From Eledone cirrhosa (lineage: Eukaryota), in assembly GCA_964016885.1 (NCBI GenBank), contig CAXHJY010001549.1, positions 1 through 64,000 on the forward strand: a DNA stretch of 64,000 nucleotides, written 5' to 3'. The notes under the pieces were generated by a model. It did no database searches. It was given only the letters and a program-made list of their open reading frames with translations, and was not told where the DNA came from. Shown here one piece after another: positions 36,001-49,739 of the stretch. Numbering within the stretch: the stretch's first letter is position 1; each line of letters starts with the position of its first letter. A program made the position numbers and the translations under genes.

Positions 36001-39000
36001 TTCACATTGCTTTTCATGATAGGACTGCAGCCCCTATCATTAACCCTTTAGCATTTTCATTACTCTATATTTACTATTATATTTTCATGGTAAAGGCTCT
36101 ACCTCACATAATTATTTCACATAATACCAAATCTATGAGATTTTTATATTTATTGTGAGAACAATACCTTAACATTAGTACAAGTAGCAAGTTACGGCCG
36201 GTTTGAACAGAAAATGGTGAGAGAATTCCGGCTGGATACAGCCTGCTTAAATGCTAAACTTCATATGAGATGTAGCCTGTTAAACCTACATATGTATGAG
36301 CTGGACCAAAAGCATAAGATTGGGGCCTATGAGATGCAACCTCATACAAGGCCAGCTGAACCTACATAGATGCGAGCTGTAACATTATAAAACTGGGGCC
36401 CACTATAATTAAGACCCGAGAAACCTAGGAGATGCAACCTCGTAGCTGTAAATTTCATTTAAAATAATTTTCTACATTTGGCACAAGGCCAGCAATTTGA
36501 AGGACATGAGAAAGTCGACTAAATTGACTCCAGTGCATTACTGGTATTTTATTTTATCGACCTCGTAAGGATAAAAAGCAAAGCTAACCTCGGTGGGAAT
36601 TGAACTCAGAACATAAAGGGCCATAACTAAATACTGCAAAGCATTTTGTCCAACACTCTACCAATTCTGCCAATCCAATCATATTAGATGTTAAATGACG
36701 TTGGACTATTTTTTTTTTTTGTTCCATTTGTTTTCTTCTAGATTATTCTATTTCAAATTGTGATATTTCTCTTTTCTAATTCTACTTGACTTCAGAACTG
36801 GAAACTCCTAGAGGAGTTAATGTGGCTCGTGTTGGCAATTTCTCCCAAAAGCTCAAGAAACGTGTCCATGCAAAAGCCATGAAAGAATTGGAAACTGCAC
36901 AGACTCGTTCCAAGGAAGCCCTGAGCAAATTAATTGCATCTTTTACTCTTGTAAGTATTCTATACCATGCTTCTTAGTCCTCATTATAGAGATGATGTTT
37001 GTGTTTCTGAGCAGACACCCTTTCTTTTCCTGTGTTGTCATGGATAAGTACTAGTAGCTCATTTGAGGTGCATGACCTAGTGGTTAGGGTGTTTGACTTA
37101 TGATCATAATGTTGTGGGTTTGATTCCTGGACTAGACAAAATATTATGTTCTTGGAGAAGACGCTTCATTTCATATAGTTTTTCATGTTAGAACTGGGGC
37201 CCCTATCATTAAAACTACCAAGAAGCCTTCTATCAGATGCAACTTCGTAAGAGGCTAGCTAAACCTACATAGGTGTGTGCTGTAACATGATAGGACAAGG
37301 GCCTCTATCGTTAAAGCACCTAAACAAATTTGTATGAACCTTATAATAGGCCAGTTAAACTTGCATAGCTGTGAGCTACACCAACATAAGACTAGAAACC
37401 CTATAATTAGCACACTCAAGAAACCTATGAGATACAATCTTGTAGGAGGCCAGCTATACCTAGATAGGCGTGAACTGTAACATGGTAAAACTGCGGCCCC
37501 TGTCATTAAAACAATCGAGAAAAATGATTCAACCCCACAGGAGGTCAGCTGCACCTACACTGGTGTGAGCTGTATATATATTTTTTTCCTCTCTTGTTAG
37601 AAATAGGTTGAAAGGGTTAAGCTGTTTATGAAATGACCAGACATTGGAGCAGGGAGAGTAGACATATGATGATGATGATAATTTGAAACGATGATTATTT
37701 TCAGATTGAAACCTTGCAACAGAATCTTGGTTCTTCTAAAGAAAGAATTCAGAATGTCCAGGAGAAAGTTTTGGCAACATGGAAGGAAGTGATGTGTGAA
37801 GATGATCCATTTGCAGGAAAACCATATGATCAAAAAAGTGTAAGTTGTTTTTAATATTGCTATTAGAAGTCTCCAGTCAGAAACCATGCCATAAAGGGTT
37901 GAGAAGACCCTTCAGTCGCAATACGATAACCTCTCAAGTGAATTGGTGTCGCAGTAAATGCACCCAGTTCACTCTGTAAGGTGGGTGATGATAGAAATGG
38001 CAGCTAGCCTTTGAAAACTTGCCAGATAAAGGTTCAAGCCACAATAAATACTTTGTAGTGTGGAAATGTATGTAAGCGAGATGCAGTTTGAGAAACCGTG
38101 TTCTACCATAATATTATGTCGGGGACGCCAATCAGAAGACTCTACTTCCACTTACCAGTGGACAGGATGACTTGGAATATCTTTAATCACATATAAAAAA
38201 AATAAATAAAATATCTGTTGTAGCTTGATGCTTAGTCAGAGCATTTCTTCATGCTTTGTGTCTGCTTTCATTTTCATGTGTAGGAAACAATAAAAGGAAG
38301 TAGTAAGAGTTACCCAACTTCAAATTAAAAAGTTTGAACTGAAATGTTTTAACGAAACGAAATGAAACGTTTTGACGAAACGCAAAACGAAGTTGCTACA
38401 ATATTTACATGAACAATTCTCCATACATGATTCCATCATTTTAACCTTTACTTTTTGCAGAGCAACGAAATAGCAATTACTTTAGCTCGCCATGTAACGA
38501 AACAGGTACAAGAAACGGTCCATTTTATTTCCTCCAACTTACCAGAATCTCCAGATATTGTGAAGCAACTGATAACTGAGTCCCAACAATATAGCCAGAA
38601 CCTCTACGCAACCATACAGAAGGTGAGACATTTCATTTACAGATATCTCTATATTCTTTGATTCTTTTTCTGCTTCCAATCATTAAACAGCAGCCATGCT
38701 GGAGCACCACCTTAAATGGGTTTTTGTCAACCATATCAACACCACTCATTTTTTTTCTAAGTCTGGTACTTATTTTAAGTCTTTCTGTTGAACTGCAAAT
38801 CTCCCTAGTGTTGTTGATTTACACAAATACACCCAGTACACCCTGTAAAGTGGTTGGTGTAGAAAACCTGCCCAACCGAGGGTCAGGTGGACTCTTCAAC
38901 TGTAAGTCTATTTTGACAGCTGATCACCATGTAGTTGCTTGTCCTGTTCATGTTATCATTTTTGTATTTTTAATTTACTCCACAACAGCTACACCTTTGA

Positions 39001-41341
39001 ATTCAATTCTTGTCAAAGTCAACTTTGCCTTTCATGCTTTTGAGATCAATAAAGAACCAATCCAGTACTGATGTTATTTCCTCTTTTATATCACTTCCCC
39101 TCTCTCTCTAAGATATCTGTTATGGAGGGATGGCACCATGGCATGGCATTTACTTATTTTATTTGTTTTCAGACTGAATCCATTCAGGAAATTTCATCAA
39201 CACTGTACCACAAAACAACAAACTCCCTTCTTGGTTTACAACAAATATTCCAGACTTTACTAAAAACACCTTTATCCTACATCGTAAGTTAAATATATTT
39301 TGTTACAAATGTCTCCGTTATTCTACTAATTGGGAGATTCAGCATGACAGTGTGTGTAACAAATTTGGCCCTCATGGAGCAACATGAAATGAAATGTCTT
39401 GCTCAAGGACATAGTGCACCACCATGAATCAAAATTCTATCACAATTCCACACTGTAAATGTGGTTGGTGTTAGGAAGGGCATCCAGCCGTAGAAAACCT
39501 GCCAGATAGTCCTATATGAGCGAGACATGGTCACCCGACCAACCTTGCCTCAAGTGGGACAACTCCCGTCTAACCCATGCTAGCGTGGAAAATGGACGTT
39601 AAACGATGATGAGGCTTGTGAGCCAAACACCCTAACCATGAAGGCGCCGTCCTTCTCTTAGTCTAAAGTCTGTCTTCAGCCAGAAGGCCCATTAGGCTGA
39701 TGCTTATCCTGGTTTCATGGTGTGAAGCGACAGAGTACAAGACAGCTCGTACATTCGATATTATGAGATAAAGCCTTTTCTATGAAAACACAACAGTAAA
39801 TATAGAGTAATGTAAATGCTAAAGGGTTAAAGATTCATAAATATATTTTTTTCTATTACCATCATCATCATCATTTTACTTCTGCTTTCGAGATTCATGA
39901 GCTATCCATTTGGATAGATTTTGCTGATATGGTTTAATCCTAATTGTAAATGTGAGCTGAAAGTCGATTAACACTATTTGTCACTGTTTGTATCATATGG
40001 TTTGACATCATCCCAACTAATTATAGTCCCATATGGAAGACCAGGTTTGACAGGAAATCAATCACATTTTGGTTTCACTGAGATGTGAGCTGAATTTTTT
40101 TATGGCATCATAGTTAACTGTCATGTGATTTTCAATAGATATAAAAGAAATGAAGCATGCATCCTCCAATGGATGTGTGATAGTAATATACATCATCATC
40201 ATCATCATCGTTTAACGTCCATCTTCCACGCTTGCATGGGTTTGGACGGGAGGTTTCCCACTTGAGACAAGATTTGTTGTCCTGCTCGTATAGGACTGTC
40301 TGGCGGGTTTTCTACGGCTGGATGCCCTTCCTAACACCAACCACGTGGACTGGGAGGTTTTTACCATATTACCTACACGGCCACATTACAGTGTGGACTG
40401 TTTTTTTTTTTGTCGTGACACCTACACGACCTCATTTGTTTCAGACTGGATGTTGTGGTACCAACATGACTTCACATTTAAGGTGGGGGGGGGGGGGGGG
40501 GGGGGGTATACACAAATAGCAAAGCATAAATGAAGTGAAAGAAATTATACACAAGAGGAGATTATGTTGGTATGGTCATGTGATGCATATGAAAGACAGC
40601 ACTATAAAAAGGTGCAGGGCGATCAAAATTGAAGGAAGCTATTGAGTAGGAAGACCTGGGACGAAGTGATAAAAGCTGACCTTGCACAATTGCACCTCTC
40701 AAAGACGATGACACAGGATTGAGATCTTTGGCGTTATGCAGTAATACAGAAGGCATGCCTTCCCATGTGCATGAACTGAAACATAAACCTAGTAGGCACC
40801 TCTTAACCACTATACCCCCCCCCCCCCCCCTTTCATACACCACCATGCCCAAACAACCACTTCTGTCCACACCAACATTAGAAATATGGTAAAAGAGTTA
40901 AATCTTAGTTAATTCTTTCATGAAACAGCATTAGCTAAACATTTTTGAAAAGTAAACAGCACAATGACTACATCCACTAACAAAGATACTATAAACATTT
41001 GAATTGACAAATCCGTTTTTAGATATATTTTGCTAAATTACAGGATACAACCAGGCACAGGCAACATTTAGAAAAAAATTCCTTCCTGTTAAAAAACATC
41101 AACATTGCATACAACGATCTGTTCACTAGTAAAGATACTAAATACATTGAATTTTTTTTTTTTTTTTTGTATAGATATTTTCTGCTATATCCTTACAGGA
41201 TGTTAGGTGTTAAATGTATTCACTTTTCTATTTATTTTTTTCTAGACAACACTTCCAAGTTCTCAAGAACTTGAGATGACTTCCTCACCTGAAGAAACAA
41301 AAGCTGAAGAATCGTCTATAAAAGAAAAACATACTGAATAA
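31878..41341 (+). CDS. PLIN2: Perilipin (PAT family, perilipin-2-like) lipid-droplet protein; 9 coding exons, 425 aa
   Basis: join(31878-32100,33306-33388,34562-34618,35326-35581,36796-36950,37705-37839,38461-38622,39173-39283,41246-41341) = 1278 nt. All introns are GT-AG with consistent phases. PAT-domain motifs: RFSSIPVIESTW...YYNKAKE...AE...AQPVL, ADSFACNQLDKLEE..P.I, LDKYLP. Orthology to vertebrate PLIN2 specifically is not established. Confidence 0.9.
33012..33274. mobile_element. piggyBac-like MITE (TTAA-CCCTTTAGCATTT ... AAATGCTAAAGGG-TTAA); copies at 36039-36258, 42783-42983, 45978-46192
   Basis: Shared internal sequence, CCCTT/AAGGG termini and TTAA flanks. Confidence 0.7.
33306..33388 (+). 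CDS. PLIN2: Perilipin coding exon 2
   Basis: (I)NAADSFACNQLDKLEETCPAIKKTPQQ; TTCAG / GTAAGT. Confidence 0.9.
33826..34110. repeat. 20-bp minisatellite ACCATACGACACTATATAAT, degenerating rightwards
   Basis: Visible tandem copies. Confidence 0.9.
34112..34450 (-). mobile_element. Full-length composite SINE (tRNA head + CORE-like domain + RTE-like tail with (TGA)n)
   Basis: Near-identical to 62481-62828 and 63062-63402. Confidence 0.88.
34562..34618 (+). CDS. PLIN2: Perilipin coding exon 3
   Basis: IVTDGKEMCSNLVQPAVDK; CAG / GTAAAG. Confidence 0.85.
34846..35038 (+). mobile_element. hAT-like MITE copy
   Basis: TIRs AGACCTGCCAAC / GTTGACAGGTCT. Confidence 0.75.
35326..35581 (+). CDS. PLIN2: Perilipin coding exon 4
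   Basis: VNAVKQIGDSTMDN...SEDALDKYLPVVENSEASGE; TAAG / GTACTG. Confidence 0.85.
36260..37572. repeat. Degenerate ~100-bp tandem units in two introns (36260-36450, 37190-37572)
   Basis: Repeated CCTACATAG...GAGCTGTAACAT...GGGGCCC...GAGATGCAACCT. Confidence 0.7.
36796..36950 (+). CDS. PLIN2: Perilipin coding exon 5
   Basis: ELETPRGVNVARVGNFSQKLKKRVHAKAMKEL...; TTCAG / GTAAGT. Confidence 0.88.
37705..37839 (+). CDS. PLIN2: Perilipin coding exon 6
   Basis: IETLQQNLGSSKERIQNVQEKVLATWKE...DQKS; TTCAG / GTAAGT. Confidence 0.85.
38461..38622 (+). CDS. PLIN2: Perilipin coding exon 7
   Basis: SNEIAITLARHVTKQVQ...YATIQK; TGCAG / GTGAGA. Confidence 0.85.
39173..39283 (+). CDS. PLIN2: Perilipin coding exon 8
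   Basis: TESIQEISSTLY...PLSYI; TTCAG / GTAAGT. Confidence 0.82.
41246..41341 (+). CDS. PLIN2: Perilipin terminal coding exon
   Basis: TTLPSSQELEMTSSPEETKAEESSIKEKHTE*; polypyrimidine-TAG acceptor; AATAAA signals at ~41564 and ~41647. Confidence 0.75.
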   Translation, partial: TTLPSSQELEMTSSPEETKAEESSIKEKHTE

Positions 41342-41747
41342 ATTTTGCTTATTTTTGTTTTTGTCTGTGGCAGCAGTGATGAATTAAGGGGGCCCTCAAT
41401 ACTTAAAGGCTCTAAATGTTTTTGACATAAATAATATACTGCAAGATTAGTCTGGCCCTGTGTGACAGGCGTGAAAAATGATGGAAACAGAATTGGAAAA
41501 ACCTTGATTCTAACTTAACTGTCTCAACCCAATGTTTTGTTTTTGTTAGCCTTTCCCCTACCTAATAAAATTCACTTTGTATTAGTGACCAATTTGCTGA
41601 TCCACTAAAGAATGGTATTTTCTTAAACATAATCTTCACTTACACCAATAAAGAATTATTTTCTTACCTAATTGTATTTTTCTTCAAATTATTTTCTTAA
41701 TCATTTAACATGTATTTTCCTTGATAGCATGGGTTGAAATGTAATGA

Positions 41748-41786
<39 letters not shown>

Positions 41787-44337
41787 CTAATTAATGATCA
41801 GATCAATCCTTAGATGCTGACATGGCTCTGTGCTCCTGCCTTTTCCCATCTGCTTACACCAATATGTATCCTCTTACATCATGAATCTCGATTCACTATT
41901 CTGCAAACCGTTTAATGATTGCACAGGGCAGACATGGACTCTGCAAGCCATAGTGAAGGAGAGCCATCTAGGAGAGTAGACAAACCAAATAAAAACTGAT
42001 ACAGGGTGGAGAAGACAACCTCTCTAGTGCTGGTGACACAAACAATGTGCCCAGTGCACTCTGTAAATTGGTGATAGGAAGGGCACCCAGCCAAAATCAT
42101 AAAGCAGGACCAATAGGATTTCCACTAGTTGAAAACACATGGCTAACACTGCACACAATAGTGGGGTGACTAGAGTAACCATGTGCGTGCGAGAACCCCA
42201 TCATACAACCACTTTCCCTTTCAGGTACATAGTTGTTGTTACTTTGGTTAGCCATTCTATCAAGGTACAAATCTCAGCCTCAATGTTGGTACCCTGAAAG
42301 GCAGGGTGGAACTGTTAAAGAGAAGAGGGGTAGATGTATTCTGTGTACAAGTGAGATGGAGGAATGACTCAGCAAGACTAATTACGGACAAAGCTCTACT
42401 GGATAGGAAATGACATGTAGGCATCCTACTAGCTTAGGGAAATATAATTTAATATAACCTCATAAACTTCATTTAGAACCAGGGGCACTTTCAGGCAGGT
42501 TAAATATATAATTATGGTAATTTGTGTGAAAATCTCGCAAAATTCAGTTACCTTTACATTTTTGTTTGTGGGACTCAGGGTTCCTCTGAAGGGTTAACTA
42601 TATTTCGGCTACTTGTGTTCGTGATCATATTACAGAAGCACTTTAAATTTCATTTTATATTTTTGCCATAAAGTTTCCTAAAAGGGAAGCATGTTTGCAA
42701 TGAGGCCCTTAAAAAAACAATATGCAGTAGAACTTTCTATGAATTGTCAAAGAAATGCTGCCTGACTTCACCTCGTGCCTCAGACCTTTAGCATTTACAT
42801 TACTCTATATTTACTATTGTTTTCATGGTAAAGGTTTTACGTCACATAATACGGAATCTGAGATTTTGATATTTATTTTGAGAATACCTTCACATAAGTA
42901 CGAGTGGCTGGTTACAGCCAGTTTGAACAGAAAGAGGTGAGAATTCTGGCTGGATATGGCCAGTTTAAATGTTAAAGGGTTAAAGTGATGGATGCCAAGA
43001 AAGCACAGTGTATTGGCATTAGGAGCAGGCAGGAAAGATTTCTTAAACACGGTGCATATATTGAAAACAATACAAAGATCATGTTGATTTGAAGAGGGTT
43101 CTTTCAGTGTTCTCAACAGTTTTGGTAATTCATTTTTGGAGCTCATCTAGATAAAATAATTCCATACATCCCCTACACCACCCTTTACTCTGTAAAATTA
43201 TGTCGGTATCACAAAAAGCACCCAGCACACACTGTAAATGTGGTTAGCATTAGGAAGGGCATCCAGCCATAAAAATATATCCAGAAACAGTCCTATATGA
43301 GCAAAACACAGTCACCTGACCCAAACCCGTCTAACCCATGCTAGCTTGGAAAATAAACATTAAATGATGATGAGTTCAATTTCAGAAAGATTATTGTCAC
43401 ATGCCTAGATTTAAGTTGTTTTTGTGTTTGAAAAAGTCTGCTTGTGTGTTGAAGTGTCATCTGATAGGTATGGTGTATTCTAATCAAATGGGTCGTTGTT
43501 GGTACATATTATTGGTGTACATTGAACTATTTCATCAACCAAGAACTTTACTATTAGACAGATCTTTGTAAAAACTTTAATTTTCTAATGTGATGCAGTC
43601 ATAGTGCAATTTTGTACTTTACAAGAATGTCTTCTTAATGCGGTACAGAATGTTAAAAGTTAATGATAGGCGATTTCAGTCTTATCAGAAAAATCTACAC
43701 AGAATGAAGCATCTTGCTCAAAAACATAACATGCCACCTGATCCTGAAACCAAACCTCATGACTGTCAGTCCAATACCATAACCCCTAGATTATGCACCT
43801 TCACTGTTAGCAAAGAGCTGGGATAGAAACAGAAGATATGTCAACAAACAGTAGTTATTAGGGTGGTTTGGGTGTAACAGTTGTTTTGTTTTCTTTCTTA
43901 CTTCAGGTGAAGTCATACCTTATATACTTGTGTAAAAGTTGGTCCCATGTAAAAGTCAATTCCCCTATTTTTGTAGCAAAAATTTTGGATCTTTCCAAGT
44001 ATCGACAGGTGAACGACTTTCGTCAAATCAGACCCAGGAAACAATATTTCCATTGGTCGTTCCAATTGCTAATACTCTCTATCAGTCGCAACTCCAAACA
44101 GAAGGAGCAACGTGAAATAAAGTGTCTTGCTCAAGGACATAACGCATCGCACGGTCCAGGAATCAACCTCACGATTGCGAATCCAATTCTCTTACCACCC
44201 AGCCACATGTCTTCATGTATCTCATGTAAAAATCAACCCTAGATTTTCATGGACAACAGATCAACATTTGTGAATCAAGGTATAATTTTGAGCATAAAAT
44301 ATTATTATAATGAAATTAATTTTTCTACACTATTATG

Positions 44338-44620
44338 TATGGCCTAGTGGTAAGGGTGTTGAATTTATGATCATAATGTCATAGACTTGATTCCTGGGTT
44401 GGGTCGCAGGTTGTGTTTTTGAGCAAAACACTTCATTTCACGTTCTTCCAGTATACTCAGCAGAAAATGAGTACCAGCAATAGCTGGGGGTTTAACCCTG
44501 CAATGGACTGGCGTCCTGTCCAGGGGGGAGTCATGTACTCTGTCGCTTCACGCCATGAAACTGGGATAAGCACCAGCCTAACGAGCCTTAAATCACTTAA
44601 GACAGACACTATTATGTCCT
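44338..44620 (+). mobile_element. tRNA-derived SINE family B
   Basis: A box GGCCTAGTGG, CORE-like TTGAGCAAAACACTTCATTTCAC, and a tail shared with the 27618 copy. Confidence 0.8.
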
Positions 44621-46591
44621 AGTTTTTTTTGGTAACAGGAAATGTGTTTTACTGAGTAAAAACATTGGTATTATTACTGTTATTCATGGTTTTTATTTTT
44701 TTATTCATTTAGAGTCCATTTGGGTTATTGAGACAATATTATTGATTATAGAGTGAGTTTCAGGTTCTACAAAATAGTAACCTTGTAATAATCAATCCCG
44801 TAAATTGAACTTCAAAAACCAGCTTTAAAAATTTGACTTTTACATTATATATATATATTCTACTCATGCAAGCTTACAGAAATAATCTACTAATAAGCAA
44901 ATATTTTGGAAAATAATTAAGAATTCAAATCCAAAAATCACCAATAAAAATCATGTTGAACATAAATATTTTCACTGATGGTGAATAAACCATAAGAATA
45001 TATTTTCAAACGTTTCTAAATACAGAAGAAGAAAAAAGAAGAAATTTACGAAAATTATCATTATTTAAAATTTTGCTTTAGTTGTTCTTTGAAACCAAAG
45101 ATAAACAATGTAATGCATGCATTATATTTTATAAAAAAGAATTTCAATTTAGAATAATCATATTACAAGACAGTAAAACTGTTTGTAATTCTGATGGTTA
45201 ACAGAACAGGTTAAAATATTAATTCTTAACATCTTGTAAATGATTTAGCAGAAAATGTCTAAAGACAGAGTCTGTTAATTCAAATGTTTTTCTAGTCTTA
45301 AATCTTTGTAAAATTAGAGTAAGGACTTCAGTTTCTATTTCTAATGTGATGCAATTATAATGCTGTTTTGTACTTCAAGAATGACTAGCTACTGTGGTTT
45401 GTTAAATCAAATATTTATATTTCTTTACTACTGGACACATCATTGTGAAAATTTGCAGTATTAATATTAAAGACTTTAGTTGTAATTATGATGCAATCAT
45501 AGTGCTATTTTATACTTTTCAAGAATATCTCGCTGATGAGGTTTCATGTGGTACAGGATATTAAGAGTTAAAGCACTAGATGAAGAAATAAAATATACAT
45601 TATATTACTTTGACCTCAAAAGAATTTGTTTTGTTTGTTTTTATATAGATAAGGTAGTGCCTCAGCATGGCTGCAGTCTAATGACTGAAACCAGTAACAG
45701 AATAAAATGTGAAGAGGTTTCTAAATAGTTCTTCACTGCATTACCATTACTGGTGCAGTTGTTTTGAAAACAATATTTTAGAAACCATAATGTTGTTGGT
45801 TGGTTGGTTGGTTTTCTTCCACATGACAAAGCTGAGTAAATTTGTGTCACACGTTAATAAAAGTTCTTATCCAAATAATAACTTAACAGCAATTGTTAGT
45901 ACATTTAATCCAATCAGTGGAACTGAAAAAAAAAAAGAAAAAAAATTAATCAAATTTACACAAGCATTTTAAGGTCATTAACTCTTTAGCATTTAAACCG
46001 GCTGTATCTGACCAAAATTCTCTCATCTCTTTCTGTTTAAATCGGCTGTAACTGGCCACTCATACTGATGTTAAGATATTGTTCTCAAAATAAAAAATAT
46101 CAAAATCTCACAGATTCAATATTATGTGAGGTAAAGCCTTTACCATGAAAATATAATAGTATATACAGAGTGATGTAAATGCTAAAGGGATAAAGAGACA
46201 CTATCACTCTACCAGGCGGCAAATTGGGAGAGTCATTAGAATGTTGGATGTTTATGGTATTCATTTTCACTCTCTGCTCTCTGAATTCAAATCCCACCAA
46301 GGTCAACTTTGCCTTTCATCCTTTCGAGGTCGATAAAAAAAAGTACCAGTCTAGTACTGGGGTCGATTCTTCTTCTATATCTCTTTCCCCCTCTCTCTCA
46401 CTTTCTATCTTTCTTTGGAAGAAATCTGTTGTACTCAGGCCTGGAGAGGCGATGGGCTCCATCATATTTAAAAATGTCCAAGAAACACTGTATGCCAATG
46501 CAGCATCCCAACAACTCTATCAGAGACACTAGTGATTTTTACATTGTATATATATATATATATATATATTGTATATATATATATATATATA

Positions 46592-46910
46592 TATGGCCTT
46601 GCAATCGAAAGGTTGTGAGTTCAATTCTCAGACCGGGTGATGTGTTGTTTCCTTGAGCAAGACACTTTATTTCACATTGCTCCAGTTTACTCAGCTGTAG
46701 AAATGAGATGATAGGACTGGGGTCCCTAACATTCCACTGCAAAGTGGACGTGTAGGCACCACGGAAAAAAAAAGCACCCAGCACTCACTGTAAATGAAGT
46801 TGGTGTTAGGAAGGGCATCCAGCTGTAGAAATCAAGCCAGAATCAGTTCCCGTCCCACCCTTGCAAGCAGAGAAAAGCGGACGTAAAACAATAATGATGA
46901 TGATGATGAT
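46592..46910 (+). mobile_element. Composite SINE (5'-clipped) with (TGA)n tail
   Basis: Matches the 62481 copy. Confidence 0.85.
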
Positions 46911-47639
46911 TCTACACATGCAAGCTTTCAGAAATAATCTACTAAGCAAATCGGGTGTCACCTTACATATATATATATATATACATTTTTGCACTTTACA
47001 GAGTACACTGGTTGCAATATATTGTGGCACCTGCACTAGGTAGGTTATCATGTCTTCTTGATCCTTTTTTTGAGAAGTTTCCATGGTTAAATACCCTCTC
47101 TATCACCAACCACTTTACAGGGTGTACTGGGTGCATTTTTTGTGTCACCAGATCTGATGAGGTTGTTATGTCCATGATATAAATGAAGAGCCCTTTCAAT
47201 TCTTTTTTGGCATAAATTCTACAGTTGAATGCCTTTCTAGCTGAACCTGTGAAAGAGCTTGAGTACACATAACTCAGAATATACTTAGCAAAATCCAAAC
47301 TTTTACCAAGTAGGAATTAGAAGGTAGGATTTGGGTTCCATCAGGGAAATGACTGTATTCAATAAGTAGAAAAGGAGTTGGTAGGAATTCTATACGATGT
47401 ATGCAATGTAAAATTCAAATAAACAAGAAGTATAGTAGGATTGTAGGCAAACTAACAGTGAAGATAGGCGTTTTGTATCTGTTAGTAGTAAAAGACCCAG
47501 TGAAATAAACTTTTTCTAATCTCAGGAAAGCTCCATAGCAATAGTTGATAGCTTTTGCCACCTCGGTGACCTAATTAGCTGTGGAAGTAATTGCTCTGAG
47601 AGCACACTAGCTGAAATAAAAAACAGTTTAGGGAGATAA

Positions 47640-48305
47640 CTCTGTTGATAAATGGTTTCTCTCTATGAACGAAAGGCTAGCTGTATGTCTGTGTGAAATG
47701 AATGAAAGCAGACCTGCCAACCTCTAAAACCCTAAAACAGGGAGAAATGAGGCAAAATAGGGAGATTTTACATAATGAAAACTATACCCATTTTCACAAG
47801 AGAAGACATCTCTCACCCACCCCAAAGTAGGTGAGAGTTGACAGGCCTGCGAAAGGCTAGCTGTATGGTTACATGTGAAATACAGTTTTACATGGAACTG
47901 AAATGCGAGCAGTGAATGCAAAGGCTGGAGATAAATGAAGTGAGCATGTTTCGATTGATGAGTGATGTTAATGAACATGAATGGCAAAGCATGGATGAGG
48001 TGAGAGAGAAACTGAGAATAAGAGGTATTAAATGTAGTGTACAAGAGAGAGGACTGCACTGGTATGGTCATGTGTTGAACATGGAGGATGGTTGTTGGGT
48101 AAAGAAGTGCCAGGAGCTCCTAGTAGAAGGAAGCTACAGTAGAGGAAGGCCAAAGAAACCTTGGACAGAAGCAGTAATAGCAGATTTCAAAACAATGAAC
48201 CTCACAGAAGTTATAATAAAGGAACACATGTGGAGGGAGGCTGTGCTGGAAATGACCCATCTAAACATGGAAAAATGGATACAAAAAAAAAAACTATGAT
48301 GATGA
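47640..48305 (+). mobile_element. RTE-type LINE 3' fragment interrupted by a MITE (47709-47849)
   Basis: RLEINEVSMFRLM...ERGLHWYGHV...RGRPKKPW. Confidence 0.82.
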
Positions 48306-49739
48306 ATGGTGCATTTAAGAGAAAAATAAATATAAAGGATAAAGATCCCAGTAATTCCTTGCGAAGTCGTAGAGGCACCGGTCATACAGTGTGTCTAGGG
48401 CACTTTTAAACTTGGTGGAGCCTAACCTTCTCTAGGTCTTAACACAGCCGATTTTTTCTATAGAGGAAGAATTGACCCAAGTACTGGACTGGTACTTCTT
48501 TATTGACCTCGAAAGGATGAAAGGTAAAGTTGACCACAGCGGGATTTGAACTCAGAGCGCGCAATGAGGTGGGACAAATACTGCAAAGCATTCTATCCAA
48601 CATCTTAACGACCAATTCGCCACCTACCAGGAAAATAATACACAATAAATGGTGTAGTGTTTCTTCAAGTTAGGCGTTAACTGCTACTTGAGTTCTAGAT
48701 TCTGCAATCTTTCAGGTGGCCTATTCATACCTAGATACACACATATGTACAAAGAATTGAATGTTCTAATTTTTTTTTTATCTGTCGATAGATAGTACAT
48801 TTAATTGTGGCACTAGCTTATAATAATTTGCCAAGGTAGAAAAAAGGAAAAAGAATTATTTACTTTTCATCACAGTTCGAATTGCTCTGACAAGATTGAT
48901 CAGTTGAGCCTTAATACCAGGTTGCTCACCAAAGCCTCTTTGTTCAGCTGTGCCCCAACCAACTGAAAAAATTAAATCAATACAAAATGCTATCAATATT
49001 ATATATACAGACCTTTGGTTTTGATGATGGAAAACGAAATGAAAATGAATTTTACAGCTCCCATAGATCTAAGTTTAGTTGATCGCCTATGAGATTGTAT
49101 GTAATAAAAGGTTTCTCGTGTGTCTTATGAAAAACAATGTGAAATAAAGAACACAGGTTGATCAATCCAGAACTTGAACACATGAACTTATGCAAGTTCA
49201 CCTTATGTATGATCTCTAGAATAGACCTAGTCAGTTTTGATGAGTGTTCCAGTTATTTGATCAACAGAACAGCCTGCTCATGAAATTAATAAGTGGCTGA
49301 ACATTCCACTGATACATATACCCCCACAATGCAGTTCTCGGGGAGATTCAGTATAGTATAGTGTGTGTCAAGGCTGGTCCTTTGAATAATAAGTACAGTT
49401 GAAATTAAATGTCTTAAAGTCAACTTTGGAATCAAAAGATCACATGCATACAGACAGCCATACATAATTACCAAGCTGATGTGTAAATTCCAATGAAAGA
49501 ACCTTGTTTCTGTGTTAGCAACCAACTTTCTTTCTCCCTATTGGTGAGAAATTAATAATAAAAAAACAACCCAGAAGTACATACAGACATATATCCTTCT
49601 TAGGTACTTGGCATGTACAGAGGATCCTCACTACTCGTACATATATATATATATATTACTTATAAAAAAGAATTTTGTTTGTTTGTACATTGGCTGCTAA
49701 TAACATTAAAGAAAATTGGTAATAATTAAGGTTTTTATG

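Noticed and set aside
45530-45700. CTGATGA at ~45533 and CTAATGACTGAAAC at ~45678 as hammerheads
   Set aside because: No compatible stems. The second resembles a SINE 3' tail.
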